Of a DNA stretch of 64,000 bases, positions 30,814-41,316 are shown piece after piece. This stretch comes from Colwellia sp. Its GTDB lineage: Bacteria > Pseudomonadota > Gammaproteobacteria > Enterobacterales > Alteromonadaceae. Location: NCBI GenBank assembly GCA_034111045.1, contig JAWUYA010000007.1:9134-73133 (forward strand), in the 5' to 3' direction. Position numbers and translations under genes: made by a program. The stretch's first letter is position 1. Each line of letters begins with the position of its first letter. Under the pieces are notes generated by a model, which saw nothing but the letters and a program-made list of their open reading frames with translations, was not told the origin of the DNA and did no database searches.

Positions 30814-32304
30814 ATGACTACTATCGGCCACCTAATTAACGGTGAAATGATCAATAACGATACGCGTACCCAAGCAGTATTTAACCCAGCAACTGGCGAA
30901 ACGACTAAAAGAGTGGCACTGGCTAGCAAACAAACGGTTGAGCAAGCTATTGATGCTGCACAAGCGGCTTTTCCTCAGTGGCGCAATACCCCACCCATTA
31001 AACGCGCTCGTGTCATGTTTCGTTTTAAAGAATTACTGGAGAAAAATGCCGATAAAATTTGCCAATTAATTGGCCAAGAACACGGTAAAATTTCTCATGA
31101 TGCGGCGGGTGAGTTACAACGCGGTATTGAAAACGTAGAATACGCCTGTGGCGCACCTCAGTTATTAAAAGGTGAACACAGCAAAAATGTAGGCCCAAAC
31201 ATTGATTCTTGGAGTGAATTTCAACCATTAGGTGTTGTCGCGGGTATCACCCCTTTTAACTTTCCTGCTATGGTGCCGATGTGGATGTTCCCACTAGCCA
31301 TTGTTTGTGGTAATACCTTTATATTAAAACCGTCAGAACGCGACCCAAGCTCAACGTTACTGATTGCTCAACTGCTTAAAGAAGCGGGTTTACCCGATGG
31401 CGTAATGAACGTGGTCAATGGTGATAAAGAAGCGGTTGATACACTACTCAATGATAAACGCGTAAAAGCGGTAAGTTTTGTTGGCTCGACACCCATTGCC
31501 GAATATATTTATGCAACGGCTACTGCTAATGGTAAACGCTGCCAAGCTTTAGGTGGCGCTAAAAATCACGCGATTATCATGCCTGATGCCGATATGAACA
31601 ATGCCGCCAATCAGTTACTAGGTGCCGCTTTTGGTTCTTCTGGAGAACGCTGCATGGCACTTTCTGTTGCTGTTGCCGTTGGTGATGAAGCGGCTGACGC
31701 ACTTATTACTAAAATGACTGAAGGCATGAAAGGACTCAGTGTTGGTGAGTATAGCAATGCTAATAACGATTTTGGCCCAGTAATTACCGCCGCGCACCGC
31801 GATAAAGTCAATGGTTTTATTGAAAGTGCAAAAGCAGAAGGCGCGACACTTGTGGTTGATGGCCGTCATCCTAAAATTGACGGTTTTGACAATGGCTTCT
31901 TTGTTGGTGCAACGTTAATCGACAATGTCTCTCAAGAAATGCTGAGCTATCAAGCTGAAATTTTTGGCCCAGTATTGCAAGTCGTTAGGGTAAAAACGAT
32001 GCAAGAAGCTATGCAATTAATTAACGATCATGAATACGGTAATGGCACCTGTATTTTTACTCGTGATGGTGAAGCCGCCCGCTATTTTTCTGATAATATT
32101 GAAGTCGGTATGGTGGGTATTAATGTCCCCTTGCCTGTACCTGTGGCGTACCACAGTTTTGGTGGTTGGAAACGTTCATTATTTGGTGATTTACATGCTT
32201 ACGGTCCTGATGGCGTTCGTTTTTACACTAAACGTAAAACCATTACTCAGCGTTGGCCTTCAAGTGGTGTGCGTGAAGGGGTAAGCTTCGCTTTTCCAAG
32301 TTAG
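30814..32304 (+). CDS. mmsA: CoA-acylating (methyl)malonate-semialdehyde dehydrogenase
   Basis: It has an aldehyde dehydrogenase fold with the catalytic Cys in GSSGERCMALS. GNTFILKPSERDP and the C-terminal FYTKRKTITQRW are typical of the MMSDH subfamily. Confidence 0.85.
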   Translation: MTTIGHLINGEMINNDTRTQAVFNPATGETTKRVALASKQTVEQAIDAAQAAFPQWRNTPPIKRARVMFRFKELLEKNADKICQLIGQEHGKISHDAAGELQRGIENVEYACGAPQLLKGEHSKNVGPNIDSWSEFQPLGVVAGITPFNFPAMVPMWMFPLAIVCGNTFILKPSERDPSSTLLIAQLLKEAGLPDGVMNVVNGDKEAVDTLLNDKRVKAVSFVGSTPIAEYIYATATANGKRCQALGGAKNHAIIMPDADMNNAANQLLGAAFGSSGERCMALSVAVAVGDEAADALITKMTEGMKGLSVGEYSNANNDFGPVITAAHRDKVNGFIESAKAEGATLVVDGRHPKIDGFDNGFFVGATLIDNVSQEMLSYQAEIFGPVLQVVRVKTMQEAMQLINDHEYGNGTCIFTRDGEAARYFSDNIEVGMVGINVPLPVPVAYHSFGGWKRSLFGDLHAYGPDGVRFYTKRKTITQRWPSSGVREGVSFAFPS

Positions 32305-32390
32305 TCGTTCAGGAAAATAGTAGTTGTGAACTAATCTTATCCCCGACTATTGTGATCGGGGATTTCGACATGATATTAAATGAGTAAAAC

Positions 32391-33188
32391 ATGTCAGATA
32401 AGACAATAATTCGATTAAGCCCAACGCCTAAAAACTTTGGCAAGGTCGCTGATGACTTAACAGATGAACGGTTCGAGTCTTTACTGCCAACTCAGCATAC
32501 TCATCGTTATTATGAAGATGATCAACTTGGTCTCTATATTGGTGTTTGGGATACCACTGATATGGTTGAAAATGCAGCACCTTATGGGTGTGATGCCTTT
32601 ATGGTTGTGCTTGAAGGCCAAGCTGGTATTAAAAACATGAAAACCGGAGCACTTGAAAACGTGGCGGCTGGTGAAGCTTTTGTTATCCCTAAAGGCTATG
32701 ATTGTCAGTGGCAGCAAAAGGGTTATTTACGTAAGTTTTATCTTATATCCAAACATCCTGATGAGATAATGCCAGTTTCCCCGACCTGTGAAGGCATTAT
32801 TAATATCAGTGCGGTGCATCGTAGCGCATCTGCAAAAAATACTGATAAAAACATTGATGTAAGCATAACGGGTGATAGCTTTGTGATGAAAACGAGCAAA
32901 CCTGTGAACAAAGGTCAACACCTTTACCAAGACCCTAGTGGGCGTTTTTTCTCGGGTATCTGGCAGAGTCAACAATTTGAAACCCAGCAACAAGCATTTC
33001 CGCGCAATGAGTTTATCTATATCCAATCAGGTGAACTAGTGTGTATTGACGAAAAAAATCAATCGCATAAATTTAGCCAAGGAGACACCTTATTTATTCC
33101 CCGAGGCACCATTTGTCATTGGCGTGTTGATGACAGTGTTTGTACTTTTTATGCTGTTCTGCAAGCTGCTCACTCAACTCGATTATAA
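32391..33188 (+). CDS. double cupin-domain protein (two DUF861/cupin_3-like halves)
   Basis: Two similar halves each end in a cupin motif (GEAFVIPKGYDCQW and GDTLFIPRGTICHW). It is the third gene after the transaminase and dehydrogenase. Confidence 0.55.
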   Translation: MSDKTIIRLSPTPKNFGKVADDLTDERFESLLPTQHTHRYYEDDQLGLYIGVWDTTDMVENAAPYGCDAFMVVLEGQAGIKNMKTGALENVAAGEAFVIPKGYDCQWQQKGYLRKFYLISKHPDEIMPVSPTCEGIINISAVHRSASAKNTDKNIDVSITGDSFVMKTSKPVNKGQHLYQDPSGRFFSGIWQSQQFETQQQAFPRNEFIYIQSGELVCIDEKNQSHKFSQGDTLFIPRGTICHWRVDDSVCTFYAVLQAAHSTRL

Positions 33189-33429
33189 ACAATGCGGTCA
33201 GCATTTTTGACCAACATTGATGATCAGCGACAGGGCAGTGATGGTAATGAATCAGGCCTTCTTATCATTTATTTAACTATGACTTATTTTAACCCTCTAA
33301 ATATATACGCTATATAAGAGAATAACTGCTTGTTTTAGATGGTTAGGCCACTTAATAATAAATAATCTTTTCAAAGAGCTAACTTAAAGCAGACTATTAG
33401 GTATACTTTACTCACTCATTGTTCACCTT

Positions 33430-35448
33430 TTGCTTAGAGCGACTCTCTTGAAATACTTTGTATCCCTATTACTTTATCGCTTATTATTACTGACACTGAC
33501 ACCCATCATCTTTAGCTTTTTTATAATAAAATCACGAAAAAACGCTGCGTTGCGTCATCGTTTAACTGAACGTTTAGGCCTTGTGCCCCGCTCATTAAAA
33601 TCTTCGGGGATCATTGTACATGCATCGAGTATTGGGGAAGTTATTGCGCTCAAACCTTTTATTGAAAAACTACTCGTGTCCTATCCTCAACTACCCATCA
33701 CGTTAACCACTTATACTCCTACGGGCTCTGAACAAGTTAAAAAGCTATTTGCTGAACGCGTTCAACATTGTTATTTGCCTGTAGATATTTTCATTTGTAC
33801 TGCGCTTTTTCTTAAGAAACTAAAACCTCAAGCTATGGTCTTTATGGAAACAGAAATTTGGCCTAACTTAATTGCCCAGGCCGCTAACAAGAAAATAAAA
33901 CTGATACTAGTCAACGCTAGGCTGTCCGAACCTTCCTTGAAAAATTATAAAAATTTAACTTGGTTAATCAAGCCAAGTTTAAATAACTTTGATAAAATTC
34001 TCCCGCAATCAAAAATAAATTTATCAAATTTTATTGAGTTAGGTGCTGATAATTGGCGCTGTAATGTAGTAGGTAATTTAAAATTTGATATCAGTAATAA
34101 TGCAAATATTGAGGAAAAAAAAGTAGAATTAAGTGCTTTTTTACCGATAAATCGTAGTATTTGGTTAGTGGCTAGCACCCATCAAGGTGATGAAGAACTT
34201 GTGCTACGCGCCTTTAAAAAAATAATAAAAACTCAGCCAGATTTATTACTTATTCTAGTACCAAGACATCCAGAACGCTTTGAGAGTGTGGCAAAATTGT
34301 GTTTAATGCATCAATTGTCGCTTGTTAAACGCAGTGAGCAAAAACAGGTGACTGAGTCTACTCATGTTTGGTTATTAGATTCTCTAGGGGAGTTAATGGC
34401 GGCTTACGCCCTTGCCGATATAGTCACTATGGGAGGAAGTTTTAATGAAGTTAACGGTCATAACCCTCTCGAGCCGGCTTTATTTAAAAAAGCGATAATT
34501 GTCGGACCCTTTATGGCCAATTTTTTAGAAATTGAACAGCAACTCAATCATGTTAATGGGCTGATTCAATTAACTTCGGTCGATGTTGATGAACTGACTC
34601 AAGCAGTAGACTCGTTAATTGTTGATAAATTAAAACAAAAACGCTTGGGCGACAATGCCTACCAAGTTGTACAGGACAATCAAGGTGCTAGTGAGCAAAG
34701 CATGATGCACTTACAAGCCTTAATAGCAGACTCAACAATAATGACAAGCGTTCACTTTGACAACACCTTCTGCCAATATGACCCAAGGCTATTAGCTGAT
34801 TTTGATCCTCAAATGTTATCAAGTCATTATTGGCAGCAAAAAAAGGCGATCGCCGGCTCCGCACAAGGTCGCGGTACAACCTGGTTTATTCATCATCAAG
34901 AACAGCATTGGGTATTACGTCATTACTATAGAGGCGGGCTCATAGGTAAATTTAACAAAGATCATTATATTTTCACCTCGCAAAAATCAACCCGAGCAGC
35001 TAAAGAGTTCCGCTTATTAAACGTGATGCAAACATGGCAATTACCGTCGCCAAAACCTATCGCTTATCGAGTGATACGCCAAGGTTTATGCTATCAAGCA
35101 GACCTCTTAAGTTCCCGCATTAACAATGCCAGAGATTTAGTGGCGATATTAGCAAAGCAACCATTAGCCGATGATGTGTGGTTTAGTATTGGACAAACGA
35201 TTAAACGATTTCATGATAGAGGCATTTATCATCATGACTTAAATGCTCATAACATATTACTCGATGATAATGACAAGCCTTGGTTAATAGACTTTGATCA
35301 AGGTGAGTTAAGGCCAATAAACAAAAATTGGCAGCAGGGGAATATGCAAAGGTTATTACGCTCCTTTAGAAAAGAGCATAGCAAATTAGACAATTTTTTA
35401 TGGCAGGAGGAAAATTGGCAAATACTACTAACAGGTTATGATACTTAA
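33430..35448 (+). CDS. waaA: fused 3-deoxy-D-manno-octulosonic acid (Kdo) transferase WaaA / Kdo kinase KdkA
   Basis: Residues 1 to about 433 look like WaaA (SIGEV, PRHPERF, GGSF...GHNPLEP). Residues from Met438 (ATG 34741) look like KdkA (GRGTTWFI, YHHDLNAHNILL, WLIDFD). There is no in-frame stop between the two parts. The start codon is TTG. Confidence 0.8.
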   Translation: MLRATLLKYFVSLLLYRLLLLTLTPIIFSFFIIKSRKNAALRHRLTERLGLVPRSLKSSGIIVHASSIGEVIALKPFIEKLLVSYPQLPITLTTYTPTGSEQVKKLFAERVQHCYLPVDIFICTALFLKKLKPQAMVFMETEIWPNLIAQAANKKIKLILVNARLSEPSLKNYKNLTWLIKPSLNNFDKILPQSKINLSNFIELGADNWRCNVVGNLKFDISNNANIEEKKVELSAFLPINRSIWLVASTHQGDEELVLRAFKKIIKTQPDLLLILVPRHPERFESVAKLCLMHQLSLVKRSEQKQVTESTHVWLLDSLGELMAAYALADIVTMGGSFNEVNGHNPLEPALFKKAIIVGPFMANFLEIEQQLNHVNGLIQLTSVDVDELTQAVDSLIVDKLKQKRLGDNAYQVVQDNQGASEQSMMHLQALIADSTIMTSVHFDNTFCQYDPRLLADFDPQMLSSHYWQQKKAIAGSAQGRGTTWFIHHQEQHWVLRHYYRGGLIGKFNKDHYIFTSQKSTRAAKEFRLLNVMQTWQLPSPKPIAYRVIRQGLCYQADLLSSRINNARDLVAILAKQPLADDVWFSIGQTIKRFHDRGIYHHDLNAHNILLDDNDKPWLIDFDQGELRPINKNWQQGNMQRLLRSFRKEHSKLDNFLWQEENWQILLTGYDT

Positions 35449-35543
35449 CCTGATCTTAAACCTATAGAGTGATTGTTAGCTCGATGATCTTGTTGGCTTT
35501 GTATGAAATTGCGCCTTACCTTATGTTATGTCAGGCATTAAAT

Positions 35544-36200
35544 TCAAGCCGCTTTTAAAGCTGTTTCACAACGCTTCAAATATATTTCACGTGCTTTCAT
35601 AAATTCAGGTAAACCAACATCAGTGGTATATGGACGAATGATAACTAAAATCTTTAATACACCTTGATAAAAAACAGCATCATTGATTTCAACGTTGTTA
35701 TTTTGTGTTTGATAAAAGCTTAACCAAAAAGTATTAACTAAACGTAATAAGCTGACAATATCGGCTAACTCATCACTCTCAAAGTCAATGACACCGGCAT
35801 CTTTTAAAGAAACCATCATAGCGCTAACTCTGTCAGTAATAATATGTTGAACTTCTACATACTTATCATGTAACGAGGGGCTTTTAGCCAATAAAACTGG
35901 AAGATTACTATAGAAAAAGCGGAACTTCATCATCGCTTGAAAAACAGCATCCATATATAAAATAATAGCATCAAGTGGTTTTACGCTGGGTGTCACTTGC
36001 GGAAACGTATCAAGCACAATATTACGGGCATACTCTTCATAAATGGAAAGAATAATGTCTTCTTTATTGCGAAAGTGATAATACAAGTTACCTGGGCTTA
36101 TACCAAGGTGAGCAGCAATATGATTAGTCGTCACATTTCGCTCCCCTTGTTCATTAAATAAGGTAATGCTCGCTTGTATGATTTTATCGCGTGTTTTCAT
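35544..36200 (-). CDS. TetR/AcrR-family transcriptional regulator
   Basis: The N-terminal HTH TTNHIAAHLGISPGNLYYHFRNKEDI is present. It is 218 aa. Confidence 0.85.
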   Translation of the reverse strand: MKTRDKIIQASITLFNEQGERNVTTNHIAAHLGISPGNLYYHFRNKEDIILSIYEEYARNIVLDTFPQVTPSVKPLDAIILYMDAVFQAMMKFRFFYSNLPVLLAKSPSLHDKYVEVQHIITDRVSAMMVSLKDAGVIDFESDELADIVSLLRLVNTFWLSFYQTQNNNVEINDAVFYQGVLKILVIIRPYTTDVGLPEFMKAREIYLKRCETALKAA

Positions 36201-36356
36201 TAAATAGGGCTATTTATGCGTAAAAGTAATGTCCTATCATACTATCAAAAAGTGTTTAACGGGAAGTTTTTCGAGTAAATGCTTTAATAAAACTTGCCTG
36301 TTAGTTGCCATTTTGGTTGCCATTTGGTAAAAATCCGCTTTACAATAGCGCTATAG

Positions 36357-36860
<504 letters not shown>

Positions 36861-37174
36861 CGTTATTATGGTAACTCAATAATAACGTTCAGAAATGGTG
36901 AACTGCCGTTACTCTCTCTTGTTATCGGTGTAGTGCATACTAATCAGTTGGCCGCTTAAACAATAGACAGAGCTGCGCTCTACTTTCGCGACTGTTTACC
37001 CTTTGAGTGAATTAAATCCTGATTTAAAGGGATAAATAAACACCAATAAATAACGGGTACGATTTACAGCTACATTAGTTTCATTTAAATTTTCATAGTA
37101 ACAGCGACTAATTCAGGTACGACGACTACCCCATTGATACTATCGGTTGAAGCTTTATGACACTCTGACCAAAC

Positions 37175-37990
37175 TTAGTTTTTTTGGCATTGAGGACAAA
37201 AGACTGTTGCTCTGCCTGCTTGTTTTATTTCTTTCAATTTTTCTTTACAAATAAAACATGGCTGACCACCTCGACCATAAGCTAATAGCTCTTGTGCAAA
37301 ATATCCAGGTTTACCATCTGATTGAGTAAAATCCTTTAAAGTAGTGCCTCCTTGCTCTATTGCGTGAGCTAATGTTTGTTTAATATGCCGAGTTAATTCA
37401 AGATAACGCTTCTTTAAAACTTTACCCGCCTGCTTTCTTGGATCTATCCCCGCTTTAAACAAACTTTCATTCGCATAAATATTACCTACGCCGACAAGCA
37501 CATGGTTATTCATTATAAATGTCTTAATAGGTGCTGTTTTATTGCGCGACATTTGATATAAATGATCATCTGTAAAGTCAGGAGATAATGGTTCAGGACC
37601 AAGTTTTTTAATTAATGGATGCTCATTAATATCTTCGGTTACCCATAAAACAGAACCAAAACGACGAGGATCATTAAGTCTCAAGGCTAAGCCGTTTTCC
37701 AAGACTAAATCAAAATGATCGTGTTTGGTGATTGGCGTATCTTTGTCAATGACTCTAATAGTCCCTGACATGCCTAAATGTAACATCAATATGCCTTTCG
37801 AAGTTCCGAGCAAAAGATATTTAGCCCGGCGGTTAACAGAAACAACCTTTTCACCACAAATATCTGAAATGGTAGGGGTGATAGGCCAACGCATTTTTGC
37901 ATTACGGACAACGACATCGCTGACGTTCTGGTTTAATACGTGAGGCTCTATTCCTCGTCGACACACTTCTACTTCTGGTAATTCAGGCAT
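37175..37990 (-). CDS. mutM: formamidopyrimidine-DNA glycosylase
   Basis: The N-terminus MPELPEVE carries the catalytic Pro2, and a C-terminal zinc finger CxxC...CxxC is present. ATG at 37990 is chosen because Fpg needs Pro directly after Met. The track start is a GTG 4 codons upstream. Confidence 0.95.
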   Translation of the reverse strand: MPELPEVEVCRRGIEPHVLNQNVSDVVVRNAKMRWPITPTISDICGEKVVSVNRRAKYLLLGTSKGILMLHLGMSGTIRVIDKDTPITKHDHFDLVLENGLALRLNDPRRFGSVLWVTEDINEHPLIKKLGPEPLSPDFTDDHLYQMSRNKTAPIKTFIMNNHVLVGVGNIYANESLFKAGIDPRKQAGKVLKKRYLELTRHIKQTLAHAIEQGGTTLKDFTQSDGKPGYFAQELLAYGRGGQPCFICKEKLKEIKQAGRATVFCPQCQKN

Positions 37991-38001
37991 GGTTGCTATC
38001 A

Positions 38002-38514
38002 CTATTGTTCATTTGAATAAATTTCTGAGGGTAATAATTGCCGATACAGCTGTGGTGATAAAGCAAACCATAAGTTAACTTGCTTATCGTGAATGAGTAA
38101 TTGATCAACTAGAGGATATAACGTCAGCATTTTAGTTGCTGCGGTACCTGCCACGTTGATGAAAACCTCAATCCCCGTTTTCCCTGAAACCTCTAGGTTA
38201 TCGGCTTGTAATAAACCTGAACTTCGTTGCCAAGCTAACATCATTTGTTCAATCACGTGTTGTTTAGCATCAACAAATTTTTGCTGACTCTCAATCCGCC
38301 ACGACTGACCCGCACGCTCGATAATAAACTTATCACGCACTTCTAAGGTTAAAATGACCGCATGAGCCGATAAAATTAAATGCTCACCTTCGTCATTGCT
38401 CATCACCTGATTCTTGCTAGGAAACAACCGACCATTCATTACATTAATCAATAGAATTATTACCATAACACTAATGATAATAACGTTATTCCAAGCAGTA
38501 CGAGATAATTTCAT
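38002..38514 (-). CDS. hypothetical membrane-anchored protein
   Basis: The ORF has one N-terminal TM helix (VIIISVMVIILLINV). ATG at 38514 is chosen because the track ORF 5' extension runs through the rpmG terminator hairpin. The stop lies 11 nt before the mutM ATG. I recognise no family. Confidence 0.5.
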   Translation of the reverse strand: MKLSRTAWNNVIIISVMVIILLINVMNGRLFPSKNQVMSNDEGEHLILSAHAVILTLEVRDKFIIERAGQSWRIESQQKFVDAKQHVIEQMMLAWQRSSGLLQADNLEVSGKTGIEVFINVAGTAATKMLTLYPLVDQLLIHDKQVNLWFALSPQLYRQLLPSEIYSNEQ

Positions 38515-38569
38515 TGATAATTGAGCCTTGGATAAGTAATGACCACTATCATACTGAATTTTTGACAAT

Positions 38570-38596
38570 AAAAAACCCGGAAAACCGGGTTTTAAA
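38570..38596 (-). terminator. intrinsic terminator after rpmG
   Basis: The minus strand reads AAACCCGG-tttt-CCGGGTTT followed by TTTATT, about 15 nt after the rpmG stop. Confidence 0.7.
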
Positions 38597-38611
38597 ATCC
38601 TAAAGCTCAAA

Positions 38612-38767
38612 TTATTTAATTTTAGCTTCTTTATAGATTACGTGTTTACGTATTCTTGGATCAAATTTTTTGATTTCCATTTTTTCAGGCATAGTTTTTT
38701 TATTTTTATCGGTAGTATAAAAATGACCAGTGCCTGCACTAGAAACTAAACGAATTTTATCACGCAT
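38612..38767 (-). CDS. rpmG: 50S ribosomal protein L33
   Basis: It is not in the ORF track because it is under 60 aa. My translation [51 protein letters not shown] matches E. coli L33. Confidence 0.95.
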   Translation of the reverse strand: MRDKIRLVSSAGTGHFYTTDKNKKTMPEKMEIKKFDPRIRKHVIYKEAKIK

Positions 38768-38776
38768 GATGGTTCC

Positions 38777-39013
38777 TTAAACTTTTTCGCCACGGGCACG
38801 AAGATCAGTTAATACTGCATCTATGCCTTTTTTATCGATAATACGCATTCCTTTCGGAGTTAAACGTAATTTAACGAAACAATTTTCACTCTCAACCCAG
38901 AAACGGTGAGATTGAAGGTTAGGTAAAAAACGACGACGAGTCGCGTTTCTTGCCTTCGAACGGTTGTTTCCAACCATTGGCTTCTTGCCGGTTACTTGGC
39001 AAATTCTAGACAT
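38777..39013 (-). CDS. rpmB: 50S ribosomal protein L28
   Basis: [19 protein letters not shown]...[17 protein letters not shown]...[11 protein letters not shown] matches E. coli L28. ATG at 39013 has GGAG upstream. Confidence 0.95.
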   Translation of the reverse strand: MSRICQVTGKKPMVGNNRSKARNATRRRFLPNLQSHRFWVESENCFVKLRLTPKGMRIIDKKGIDAVLTDLRARGEKV

Positions 39014-39304
39014 GTGAGTCACTCCAAAAATTAATGTCAGCTCGAGCTATTTTTCCCCTAGGCCGTCGCCTAAGGATCGTAAAATTAGGTGGCACAGTAT
39101 AGAGAAAGTAAATGTTGAAAGCTAGCTTTTCTGACTTTAAACATGAATGTTTCTTTTTGCCTTTATTTTACAGGGAATTAGATCAAAAAAACATCGACAT
39201 TCAATCTCAGTTCACTGTTGCTAAGCCTAAAAGCCCCTTATTAATCACTAACCACTCAAAAAACCGTATTGAAATTAATGGCTATGTAGCCTAGCACCAT
39301 ATTT

Positions 39305-39976
39305 TTATATATCACCATTTTCGGCAAATGAATAACAGCGATGTCCCGCAACGATAATATGATCTAAAACTCTAACATCAATTAATGCTAATGCTTGTTC
39401 AAGCCGAGTTGTTATCTGTTTATCTGCAATACTAGCTTCGGCAACGCCTGACGGATGATTGTGAGTTAAAATAACCGCAGCAGCTTGATGCTTTAACGCT
39501 TTTTCAACTACGATTCTTGGATAAACAGCTGCCGCGTCTATTGTGCCGAAAAACAAAGCCTCGAATTTTAAGATTTGATGTTGATTATCTAAAAAGAGAA
39601 CTGCAAAAACCTCACGTGTATGATGACGCAGCTCTGTTATTAAATAATCACGTGTTGTTTGAGATGAAGTGAGTGCTTTACCTTGTTTGAGCTCTTCAAA
39701 TAAATAGCGTTTAGACATTTCTATACACGCTTGTAACTGGACATATTTTGCATCACCTAAACCGTGTTGCGCACAAAATTCTTGTTGACTAGCTCGATAG
39801 ATACCTGAAATACTGCCAAAGTTTGATAATAATTTTCGCGCCAATTCTACCACATGGCAACCTTTTACCCCTGTTCTTAAAAATATAGCCAAGAGTTCTG
39901 CATCGCTTAAGCTACTCGCCCCCTGATTTAACAATTTCTCACGTGGACGTTCATTTTCAGGCCAATTTTTTAGCAT
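39305..39976 (-). CDS. radC: RadC/YicR family JAB-domain protein (UPF0758)
   Basis: [14 protein letters not shown] and the JAMM-like HNHPSG motif are present. It is 223 aa and divergent from coaBC as in E. coli. Confidence 0.9.
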   Translation of the reverse strand: MLKNWPENERPREKLLNQGASSLSDAELLAIFLRTGVKGCHVVELARKLLSNFGSISGIYRASQQEFCAQHGLGDAKYVQLQACIEMSKRYLFEELKQGKALTSSQTTRDYLITELRHHTREVFAVLFLDNQHQILKFEALFFGTIDAAAVYPRIVVEKALKHQAAAVILTHNHPSGVAEASIADKQITTRLEQALALIDVRVLDHIIVAGHRCYSFAENGDI

Positions 39977-40057
39977 TTTTGCATCCTTGCATTTTCAACT
40001 ATTGGTAAAAAATGCTATCTTAGCGTCAAGCATTTATAACTTTAAGATTAGCAGGTT

Positions 40058-41269
40058 ATGCAAATACTTCAGGATAAAAATATTGTTCTTGGTATAACAG
40101 GTGGTATTGCTGCCTACAAAACACCCGAGTTAGTTCGTCGCCTAAAAGACCACGGTGCAAATATCCGCGTCGTTATGACACCAGGGGCTAAAGCATTTAT
40201 CACGCCTCTGACCTTACAAGCTGTATCAGGTAATGCCGTTGCAGACAGTTTACTTGATACCCAAGCAGAACTTGCTATGGGGCATATTGAATTAGCAAAA
40301 TGGGCTGACTTAATTTTAATTGCACCGGCTACCGCTGATGTTATTGCTAAAATAACTGGTGGTTTAGCGAATGACTTACTCTCAACACTTTGTTTAGCAA
40401 CTGCGGCACCTATTGCCATTGCCCCAGCAATGAATCAACAAATGTGGCATGCGCCCGCAACTCAGCACAATATAAAAACCTTAGCAAACCGAGGTGTGAT
40501 CATTTGGGGACCTGGTGCAGGTGAACAAGCTTGCGGCGATATTGGTTTAGGACGTATGTTAGATATTCCCGACCTCATTGAGCTAAGTTGTCATTTCTTT
40601 TTAACTAAAGTATCTTCTGCACTAAAAGGTCAACACTGGTTATTAACTGCTGGTCCGACTCGAGAAGCGATAGACCCCATTCGCTATATTTCTAATCATA
40701 GTTCAGGCAAAATGGGCTATGCCATTGCCAAAGCGGCACAAAATGCTGGCGCCACAGTCACCATAGTATCGGGTCCAGTGAGTATTGTAGCACCAGCTAA
40801 TTGTAAAATAATTGCCGTTAGTAGTGCTTTAGAAATGCATCAACAAGTGTTAGCACAAGCAGTCTATGCTGATGTATTTGTGGCCTGTGCTGCTGTTGCC
40901 GATTACCGTATTAGCGAAATTAGTGAGCAAAAAATCAAAAAAGTTAACGATACCCTACAGCTCAATTTGATTAAAAATCCTGATATTGTTGCTGATGTAG
41001 CAGCAATGGCCAATAAACCTTTTACGGTAGGCTTTGCCGCTGAAACTGAAGATATTGGTCGGTATGCTTTAGGAAAATTACAAAAAAAGAAGCTTGATAT
41101 GATTGCCGCTAATGATGTTTCCAAATCAGGACAAGGCTTTAACAGTGATAACAATGCGTTGACAATTTTTAGTCAACAAGATGGTCAAGTCAAGTCAATT
41201 GAAATACCATTAGCGAGTAAGGAAGTAGTGGCTCATCGGTTAGTCTCAATAATATCAAATAATCTTTAG
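40058..41269 (+). CDS. coaBC: bifunctional phosphopantothenoylcysteine decarboxylase / phosphopantothenate-cysteine ligase
   Basis: The N-terminal flavoprotein domain ([14 protein letters not shown]) and the C-terminal CoaB domain ([28 protein letters not shown]) are both present. Confidence 0.95.
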   Translation: MQILQDKNIVLGITGGIAAYKTPELVRRLKDHGANIRVVMTPGAKAFITPLTLQAVSGNAVADSLLDTQAELAMGHIELAKWADLILIAPATADVIAKITGGLANDLLSTLCLATAAPIAIAPAMNQQMWHAPATQHNIKTLANRGVIIWGPGAGEQACGDIGLGRMLDIPDLIELSCHFFLTKVSSALKGQHWLLTAGPTREAIDPIRYISNHSSGKMGYAIAKAAQNAGATVTIVSGPVSIVAPANCKIIAVSSALEMHQQVLAQAVYADVFVACAAVADYRISEISEQKIKKVNDTLQLNLIKNPDIVADVAAMANKPFTVGFAAETEDIGRYALGKLQKKKLDMIAANDVSKSGQGFNSDNNALTIFSQQDGQVKSIEIPLASKEVVAHRLVSIISNNL

Positions 41270-41316
41270 ACAAAAATAATAAAAACAACAAATAATAGCC
41301 AAGAGAAGAATAAAAT

